A stretch of 64,000 bases of DNA, from contig JAHDYR010000020.1 of the NCBI GenBank assembly GCA_019828565.1, positions 62,001 through 126,000 on the forward strand. Reading direction: 5' to 3'. A program made the position numbers and the translations under genes. Below are positions 56,548 through 64,000 of this stretch, one piece after another. Source of the DNA: Carpediemonas membranifera BICM (taxonomy: Eukaryota > Protista > Fornicata). A model generated the notes under the pieces. The model saw nothing but the letters and a program-made list of their open reading frames with translations. It was not told the DNA's origin and did not search any database. The first letter of the stretch is position 1. Every line of letters starts with the position of its first letter.

Positions 56548-57111
56548 TCTGAGTAAGAGAGCAAGGCAGGAGGCTTCAGCTGTCCGAAAAATCTCAAGTC
56601 ACATGCGCGCAAAACGCCGTAGACGATGTCAAATATGGCGTAAAACAACATGCGAGAAGGAGAGACGGATCCATCGGCCACAAGGCATACAAGAACAAGA
56701 ACTCTCAATTGAGGATGCAAGAAAAAACGTCAAAACTTTTCTTGCACCTCGCGGATCGAACGAGATTAACCCAAGTGTCTGCAAAATCGGGACTCGCCTT
56801 GAGTGATTCAGGTGAGATTGGCGTGTAATTATCTCATTTATGAAGTATTGACCCGGTAACTACCGTTGGGTCGGACGATATTCTTGATTGAATCAGCGAC
56901 GGCGTTTGCTAAGTTCTGGTGCTCGAATGTACCTGAAAGTAAATGTCGCTAGACCACCCAGGTATCCCATTACCAACAATTTTCTGCACCTTGAATGGCT
57001 GCACCCGCAGTGAAGTTGACACAATTCTCGACAGTCCAACTCAACTTTTCCAGATCCATTTTCTCGAATCAAATTATTCGCACAGTACCACACTCATCGG
57101 CACCCCAGCCT

Positions 57112-58350
57112 TTACTGCATGCCCAGGCCGACCTGCGTCTGGTCTACCTGACCTCCGAAGTCCTTGGCGCCAATGAATGCCAGCTCGGCCCGGATTAAGG
57201 CCTCAGCTGAGGCGGGGGAGTCCTCGCCATCAGCGTTCTTGACTGGGGCAAACTCGTGCTCGCGGGCAGCCAGGAAGACGCCGACTCGGTCAGCATAGGT
57301 GAGGCCGTCGAAGATGAACATCTCCAGCTTGTATCCATTGGGAGCGTCGGGGCGCACGGTCTTCCCGGTGGCCTCGTCGTAGTAAGGGATGGCCTTCTTC
57401 GCAACATGCCAAGGTAGGCGGCCGAGGGCGGCCCTTTTGATGAACTCAACGGTAAACATGTGATTCGCGATGTTGCCGCATGAGAAGAGCAGCTTGCCGT
57501 CGTCATCGGTGGCCTCGCGGAGGTCCTGGGGCAGCTCGGTATACTCCGCCACGACCGTCCGGGTCCCGTTGCGGCAGATGACACCGGTCTTCTCCTCGGG
57601 GGACCGCTTGGGAACGGCCTTCAGAGCTACGTCGTAGCGCTGGGTGACAAACTGGCCGACGAGTTCTGGGTCGCATATACGTGTGAGTGGGTTATCAACG
57701 GTAAATACGTGAATGTACCTCACCCCGCGCCGCTCAATGTCAAGCCAGGCTGTCGATGTACCAGGGCCGTTGGGCCCGTTGAACAGCGCGGAGTAGAGCC
57801 CGCCGTTGCCGTCAGCTGCGGTGACGAGGCTGTCGGGACCAGACTTGAGCGGCTGATAGTCGAGATCAAAGCATGGCACCTCGCCCTGAGTGAAGAAGAC
57901 CACCTGGGTCGGCTCCAGGCCAAAGAACGGCTGGTACTTCCCATGGGCCCCAGTCTCGAAGAACTCGCGCGTCTCGAGTATGTTGTCGGCACTGCACATG
58001 ACATAGAAGGGGACGGTGCCGCCCGAGAGCCGCTCCAGGGCAAGAATACGCATGGCCTGGATGACGAAGATGGGTGTCATGGTGCCCAAGACGCTGATGG
58101 GGAAGGTCCCCTTCGGGTGTGGGTACTTGAGGCGGGAGCCCATACCGCCGGCCATGACGAGGGCGGCTACACGGTCTTGCTTGAGCTCGTTGAGGCCTAC
58201 TTGGTAGATATTGTTGGAATCGGTGGCGTATTCGGGGGTGTAGGTGTCCTCTTTCGGGAAGGGAGTGAACGAGGCAATTTCGTTCGGAGCAACGCCTGAA
58301 AGAGCATTCTTCAGCTCGAAACGGAGCATATCCACGCTATTCAATGCCAT
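57112..58350 (-). CDS. UAP1: UDP-N-acetylglucosamine pyrophosphorylase
   Basis: MAGGMGSRL...PKG, DGNGGLY, VDN.L, VAEYTE, GNIANH, KLEMFIFD, EFAPVKNA. Confidence 0.93.
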   Translation of the reverse strand: MALNSVDMLRFELKNALSGVAPNEIASFTPFPKEDTYTPEYATDSNNIYQVGLNELKQDRVAALVMAGGMGSRLKYPHPKGTFPISVLGTMTPIFVIQAMRILALERLSGGTVPFYVMCSADNILETREFFETGAHGKYQPFFGLEPTQVVFFTQGEVPCFDLDYQPLKSGPDSLVTAADGNGGLYSALFNGPNGPGTSTAWLDIERRGVRYIHVFTVDNPLTRICDPELVGQFVTQRYDVALKAVPKRSPEEKTGVICRNGTRTVVAEYTELPQDLREATDDDGKLLFSCGNIANHMFTVEFIKRAALGRLPWHVAKKAIPYYDEATGKTVRPDAPNGYKLEMFIFDGLTYADRVGVFLAAREHEFAPVKNADGEDSPASAEALIRAELAFIGAKDFGGQVDQTQVGLGMQ

Positions 58351-58633
58351 GTCGGTTGTTCTACCACTGTATGATTTCCAGTTGCGAACCTCTTCGAGAC
58401 ACTACAGCATTGTGTTGGCCAACAGGGCAAAGCTGCACCGGGCATCAGACAAATGGGGCCATGGTAAGTAGTAGTAGACACGACAGTCATGCCAGCGATG
58501 CTCAGCAGCTTAGGGCCAGTGGCTCGGTGTGGTTGGGTCGACTGTCAAGTGACGCTGTTGCATGGCACGGCTCAACTGACAGAGGATCCTGCCCAGCACT
58601 ATCCAATGGCCGGTATGCGACTATTTTACCAGA

Positions 58634-59197
58634 TCATTCCTTGAATGTGGGGTTGCGGGTGTATTGGCGGCCGTTGACAACGCCGCCGAGTAGGGAGTCC
58701 CTCACAAGACGCTTGTATTGCTCAGGGTCCCTCTCAAGATCCGCACCGACCTCCTTGTTCAGCGGGTCGTACGACGTGGGTTCCTGCAGGATGAACTGGA
58801 GCCCGGCGATAAAAGCGCTCAGATCAAGAGCGGAGGAGTGATCCTCGCGCAGGATGTTGAGACAGACGTTGCCCTCCCAGTCTATGTTGGGGTGGTAGAG
58901 CGGGAGGGTCTTACAGTGCACCTTCGGGGGCTTGATCGGGTATGTGTCGGGAATCTCGAAGAGGAAGTCTATAGTGGCGGTAGCGTAGGGACCACGACGA
59001 ACAATGATCTTCACAATAAAGCTCGCAAGGTCATCAGAGCCGTCGGGCTTCTTGTTGAACTCGATCACATAATCATCGCTCTTAAGAAGGTTTGTGAAGT
59101 CTTGCTGGATGTGAAGAAGGGCGCTACGGCGAGATTCGCCAAATTGGGACCTGCCGGTCTCCTGTTCTTTCTTAGCAGCTGCACGGAGGCGGAGCAT
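58634..59197 (-). CDS. UBC12: NEDD8-conjugating E2
   Basis: YP..PPKV.C.T..YHPNID.EGNVCLNILRED; DPLNKE; basic N-terminal extension. Confidence 0.9.
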   Translation of the reverse strand: MLRLRAAAKKEQETGRSQFGESRRSALLHIQQDFTNLLKSDDYVIEFNKKPDGSDDLASFIVKIIVRRGPYATATIDFLFEIPDTYPIKPPKVHCKTLPLYHPNIDWEGNVCLNILREDHSSALDLSAFIAGLQFILQEPTSYDPLNKEVGADLERDPEQYKRLVRDSLLGGVVNGRQYTRNPTFKE

Positions 59198-59289
59198 GGA
59201 CGTCCAACAGGGTGCAGTTTATGATCAACGTCACTTCGATCAATCTGGTGACACAGCAAGGTCAGACCAAGTAATGTGTCCTGTAGGGT

Positions 59290-59390
59290 CGCTTCATTTC
59301 TCTACTATCCTGTTTCGATCAAGGGAAAAACTGCACTTGACAACATTTACCACGGGGCAGACCTCCCTCTTGCTGACCCACGCGTTGATG
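59290..59390 (-). pseudogene. Possible 3' fragment of an Rbx1-like RING gene (intron 59310-59350)
   Basis: Spliced INAWVSKREVCPV|DSREM resembles ISRWLKTRQVCPLDNREW; upstream RING ligands are absent. Confidence 0.35.
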
Positions 59391-59621
59391 TTGCTCGCCA
59401 TAACCTGCCCGAGCACAGTAGCGCCGATGAGCATAAGCTCGCTGTGTACTGCATCGGTGTGTCTTAAAGTGCGGTGGAGACTATGGTGGAGACACTGCGG
59501 TTGGGGTAGAAATAGTTCTACCGTTGAGGTGCTGATTGTAAATCCGAAACTGCATCGTGAGCTCACTAATCATTTGATTGCCCGCGTTCAGCACAGGTCA
59601 GTCGCCCGGGACTGGTTCGAC

Positions 59622-60471
59622 TCAAGTCACCCGCTTCAGCCGGTTGACCCGCTTCCTCCTGAACAGCAGCGGCCTGTTCTGCATGATCGCCCCCATGCCA
59701 GGCCCCGTCGCGTCGTCCTCGTCCCCGAAGTCGAACACCACGCCATGCATCTCCCCATGGACCCTCTCCGCCGTCTTCCAGCTGAATCTAATACACGGCG
59801 GGAACCCGAAGACCCTGTCGTGGTACGTCCTCAGGAACGCCTTGGTCTTGGGGTCGCCCGGATAGCCGCTGCCGGTCACAACGGGGCCTGGGTCTGATGT
59901 GCTCATGCTCTCAGACGCCTTGGCGACCCAGTCGGGCCCGATGGCCTCGCCCTCGCACAGCTCCTCAACGGCCGAGTCTCGGGAAGTCTTGGCTGCAATA
60001 GAGGCTGCTGCGGTGACCGGGTATGTCCCGTCGGCCTTAGGCTCGACTGTGAGCTTGATGTGCTGAGGAATGCGCCGCCTGAGGAACTCGGCGTACCGAC
60101 CAGGGTCCCCGACAGTGTCGATGTAGGCGTGGGTCACGTGGTGGCCGAGGGATACTACGTGGTTGATCAGGGAGGCGGCGGCCTCGTGGGAGACGCTGTT
60201 GAGGTTGGCGGTTCGGGGGATGGCGAGCATCTTCTCGCTCAGGAACTCGGGAGTGAGATGCGTGACCTTGAAGCCAACGCCATGTGTTTCTTCAAGCTCG
60301 GAAAGCTTCTTGACGAGCTCACTGCGCTTGGCGTGGTCCAGTTGCTTCGAATCGTTCATGCCCACCTCGCGGAGATACTGATGGTGCTCTTCAGGGCTCC
60401 AGCAGATCCCGTAGACCATGGGGCCGATAACTGGACCTCTACCGGCCATAGTTCACACTGTCATCCGCCAT
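59622..60471 (-). CDS. RNASEH2A: Ribonuclease H2 subunit A with disrupted N-terminal catalytic motif
   Basis: AGRGPVIGPMVY, DSKQL, LN.VSH, YIDTVG, KAD..YP...AASI.AK..RD, GSGYPGDP.T, RFSW.T; the G-x-D-E before AGRG is missing. Confidence 0.85.
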
Positions 60472-60783
60472 CTCGCGCGTCTTCGCGCCATAGAGTGCAC
60501 CGACGAAAGGACGAAAGTCATGACCAGAAGTGGGTCAGGCCAGGCTGCACTTGGACTGATACACACGGACAGTATATTTAGTATTCGGTGCTTGCACCTA
60601 CGGTCATTGATCTGGCCAGGTTGCATCCACAGGACAGGGCTACGACGGATGGAGCCCGCAACCACACGCAATCAGCTCGGCCATGACTCCCCTATCAGAC
60701 TACTTCAGAACCAGCAGTCTGCGTTCTCGATTCCACAGTGTTCATTGCTTCAAACCTTCTTCTTCACTCCTTTTCTTCTTGCT

Positions 60784-61281
60784 TCAGAACTCTCGCAGCC
60801 TCAGACCGTAGTACAAGTGCGAGCACGTCTGCCCGTCGAAGTCAGCAACATCGGGCAGCATGCCCCACCTCTCGAACTGGTACTTCTCGAGCAGGGCAAC
60901 ACTGCCCTCGTTGGTGTTGAGGAGGATCGCCACAAGCTGCCTGTACCCAAGCTGCCTCGCCATGTTGATGGCGAATGCCAGGAGTTGACTGCCGTACCCT
61001 TGGCGCTGGAAGCTGTCGTGGACGTAGTAGCTAACCTCGGCAAGGTAGCGCATGGCCTTTCGTCCGGGCCGGTAAGCCGTCAAGTACACATATCCAACGC
61101 ACTGGCCCTCGTGTTCGAGCACATAGAGCGGATATGCGGAATCCCTGTGGGCATCGAGGAATCCTTGCCGCTGCTCAACTGTGAAGGGGTCCGTATCGGC
61201 AGTGCACCGTCTGGCAATGGCCTGGTTGTAGATCTCCGTCAAAGCGGAAATATCACGCTGTTCCGCCAAACGTAAACCCAT
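60784..61281 (-). CDS. GNAT acetyltransferase, phosphinothricin/YncA-like
   Basis: EIYNQAI...TAD..P, E.SYYV....Q.QGYGS.LL, N..S..L.EK..F..WG. Confidence 0.88.
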   Translation of the reverse strand: MGLRLAEQRDISALTEIYNQAIARRCTADTDPFTVEQRQGFLDAHRDSAYPLYVLEHEGQCVGYVYLTAYRPGRKAMRYLAEVSYYVHDSFQRQGYGSQLLAFAINMARQLGYRQLVAILLNTNEGSVALLEKYQFERWGMLPDVADFDGQTCSHLYYGLRLREF

Positions 61282-61591
61282 TCTATCGGCACCGTGAGGC
61301 TGGACTGATGCCGAAAGGCGAATTGACTTTATCTGGCAAAACCTCGCATATATGCGTCTTCACCTCAACTGATGGGCTGAGCTGCGAGAAACAAGCGCGT
61401 TCGATTGTGTGTACAACTGGACACACTCTCTGATCGCCTCCGGCCATGATGCGCACTGAGCGAACTGACATGCCTCGGGTCCTACGCCTTCCAACAATAT
61501 TCCCCGTAATCCTTCGCATAGACCGCATAGACGCAAGGCGGTGGTGTAGATGCACGAGTATAAAGCAGCTGCACAACGCGCCTAGAACAAC

Positions 61592-61867
61592 TTACTGGAG
61601 GCCGTACTTCTTCGTCTTGGTGTAGTCTCTGCCCTGGGAGGCCTTGAGGAGCTTGAGGTTCTCTCTGTTGCGGGTACACTTAGCGATTGCCGCGCGCTCA
61701 ACAATATTGTTCATGTTGGACTCGAACTTGCCCTTCATGGACTTGTTCTTGATGGCGGTATTGATACGCTTCATCTTCGCCTTTCCCGTGGTGGATTTGT
61801 TGAACTTCTTGCCATTTGCCTTGCTCGGGGCGACTTTCTTCGCCTTCTTCACAGCTCCCTGTGCCAT
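61592..61867 (-). CDS. Small basic UPF0390/DUF2462-like protein, copy 2 (within duplication 61591-62088)
   Basis: Protein identical to copy 1. Confidence 0.7.
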   Translation of the reverse strand: MAQGAVKKAKKVAPSKANGKKFNKSTTGKAKMKRINTAIKNKSMKGKFESNMNNIVERAAIAKCTRNRENLKLLKASQGRDYTKTKKYGLQ

Positions 61868-62882
61868 GCGCAACTCGTGGCAATCGTCAGACTTTTTTTA
61901 CTCAACCCAAAACTGCCACTGCCGGAAAGGGGCGCGTGAGGGATGTCTCCCGCTGCGAGTGGGTGTCTCGCTGGTACAGTGGCCTCAGAAGTCCCGATGG
62001 ATATTTGCCATGGCCACCACTAGCGCAGGCCGACCCACATGGTGGGCGAGCACAAGAGTACGTGAACCGTTTACTAAGGCGACGATCTATCAAGTACTAG
62101 TTGCTGTGTTTGAGCCAACAAGTGTGAGTGCTGAGGGTGGATTGAGTCAACTGAGTCGTAATCTTCGACGACTTCAGAAATTAAGGTTGGCAGTTTAAAA
62201 ATAAAGATGGGCCAACCATCCTATATGAGCTTGTATCCTGATGCGATGGTGTGAGTTTCAGCCCACAATGATATCTATTCGTCAAGTTCGATGCCGGTCG
62301 AAATCGAAGTTTGGGCCGACTCCAAACGCATACTTCCAGTGTGCGCCCGCTGGTAATGGCCCGGATCCAGATGTTAGAGAACTATACAAGCTTTATGGCA
62401 GAGCGACAGCGGTTCGATGGTTGTAGTCGAGGTGACAGTATCGCTCAGCTTCGGACCCGCAGACTCGGAACGATTTCGAAAGTCAGGTGAACATGTCGCC
62501 AACCAGATTGATGGCATGTATAGCTTCAGAATGGCATATGAATCGAGCATGCTCGCCCCATTTCGAGTGATCGAGCTCGGGGTGTGGGGTCTGTCTGTCT
62601 GGAAATGTGGTCGACCCCCAAACCGCGATCTGGGTGTTCCAGGACTGCGCGCTCCTGGAATCAACAGGGCGAATAACACCCTGCGTATTCCAGTGGCGCG
62701 CGGTTCTGGCGCACTTTACCCACCTCGCCCGCGACCCGACCTCGATGCACCGAACGCTCTGCCGCAAGAGTAACCACAGCTCATCGATCTAATGCATCAG
62801 ATTCACATGACTCAACTTCATCAGGCGAATATTTATGCGTTGCCGGCATGTATCAGTTGTGATGAATCAGCACCAGCCTGCC

Positions 62883-63509
62883 TCACCACGACCTGGGGGG
62901 CTCCGGGACAACCATGTTCCTCATCGGACTCCTGCTCTTGGGGTCGACCTTGAGGCCCTCTGTGACGTCCGTGTGGAAGCAGTGGCGGCAGACGGCGACG
63001 TACATGTCCGCACCGCCAATCACCTCGACGTCGGTGTCTGCCGTGATCCGTCTGGAGAAGGGCGCGTTCCTCCCGCAGATGTGGCAGACGGCGCTGAGCT
63101 TCGTGACATGCTCAGCCCGGGGAAGCAGGTCAATCACACGCGACGGGAAGGGGTCGCGGCGGAAGGTACCGTCCAGCGCGGCCACGATGACGTGTTTGCC
63201 GGCGTTGGCCATGTCGTCTGCGAACTGGACAATGTCGGGGAAGAACTGGCCCTCGTCGATGCCGATGACCTCGGCGTCAAGGGCTGCATCGAGGATTGAG
63301 AACAGATTGTCCGTCGGAATCGCCGGCAACTTGTGCCCTACATGCGTTGATACCTCATTGTTAGCTGTGTAGCGCGTATCCTTGGAGTATTTGATGACGA
63401 GGACCTTTCGTCCAGCTAGTTGCTGTCTGTCGCACAATCTAATCAGCTCTGTCGTCTTTCCACTGAACATTGGCCCGAATACGAGCGTTATTGACCCTCC
63501 GAAGTTCAT
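62883..63509 (-). CDS. TK1: Thymidine kinase (TK1 type)
   Basis: GPMFSGKTTEL, IGIDEGQFF, VIVAALDGTF.R.PF, KL.AVC..C, IGGAD.Y...CR.C. Confidence 0.95.
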   Translation of the reverse strand: MNFGGSITLVFGPMFSGKTTELIRLCDRQQLAGRKVLVIKYSKDTRYTANNEVSTHVGHKLPAIPTDNLFSILDAALDAEVIGIDEGQFFPDIVQFADDMANAGKHVIVAALDGTFRRDPFPSRVIDLLPRAEHVTKLSAVCHICGRNAPFSRRITADTDVEVIGGADMYVAVCRHCFHTDVTEGLKVDPKSRSPMRNMVVPEPPRSW

Positions 63510-63544
63510 GGATGGCGATTCCTTGTGATGGCGCAATTCGATCC

Positions 63545-64000
63545 TGTTGCGCAGTATAAACACATTTTTCGAACCTCCAAGACAGGGCCTGAAAGGAACG
63601 ATCAAAGTGCCAAACTGTACAATATCATCCGTCCGTAGACGAATGTTGGCGGTTAGCCAATTGATGATACTGGAATGAAGTTTGAAGACGTGGGATGTGC
63701 GACTGAACGGAGAGCCACTGAGCTCATCTTCCGTGGCAAGAGAACGCCACAGGATGTTCTCTGCAGCACTCTTGTCCCGATGATCAACATTCGGAGCATC
63801 AGGAATTGTTGCGCGCCACTGAGCACCACGGCACTGTCGATTTTCGCAGAGCATCACACGATGTGGGTGAACGTGCTGGTCATCACGCGGACGAACTCGC
63901 TTGTAGGTGGCGTGGCAGTGAGGGCAGACGACGGTGGTGCGATCCTCGTTAACCATGTTAAGATCGACGACAATGTTATACCCCTTGAGAAGGGAACTAT
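63545..64000 (-). mobile_element. Fanzor element family A: nuclease C-terminus (frame open to the window edge), candidate omegaRNA and terminus
   Basis: VNEDRTTVVCPHC (Glu plus first CxxC), CENRQC, RuvC-III HRDKSAAENIL; the 3' module is repeated at 15.8 and 38.1 kb. Confidence 0.85.

Noticed and set aside
1806-63372. Many long plus-strand ORFs (e.g. 1806-3710, 11102-12475, 22428-23708, 28907-30031)
   Set aside because: They are antisense shadows of GC3-rich minus-strand genes and show no recognisable motifs.
1-64000. Prokaryotic operon or giant-virus origin for the one-strand layout
   Set aside because: Spliceosomal introns and core eukaryotic genes (ribosomal proteins, U2AF1, proteasome, AP-2) show this is nuclear DNA.

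Overview
Gene-dense eukaryotic DNA from a flagellated, probably anaerobic protist. The tiny GT-AG introns, RJL GTPase, CFAP97-like protein, 2[4Fe-4S] ferredoxin, low-MW TrxR and Tim44 suggest a free-living metamonad such as Carpediemonas (inference). About 45 protein-coding genes were called, all on the minus strand; only transposon relics face the other way. The main accessory signal is a Fanzor (eukaryotic TnpB-like RNA-guided nuclease) system. It comprises a decayed Fanzor1-like gene (43.2-44.8 kb), the catalytic C-terminus of a second Fanzor entering from the right edge and frameshift-fused to thymidine kinase, and two non-coding copies of its 3' module (15.6-16.0 kb, 38.1-38.2 kb). The 3' modules of both families share hairpins with different sequence (candidate omegaRNA), and family A ends in a TGTTGCGCAG terminus found just upstream of host start codons. 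Other observations: three near-identical direct duplications about 6 kb apart, long ribosomal-protein introns that fold back to the 28-41 nt standard size, an RNase H2A gene missing its catalytic D/E, and intergenic spacers built from gene and TE fragments. All homology calls come from motif recognition by eye; no searches were run.
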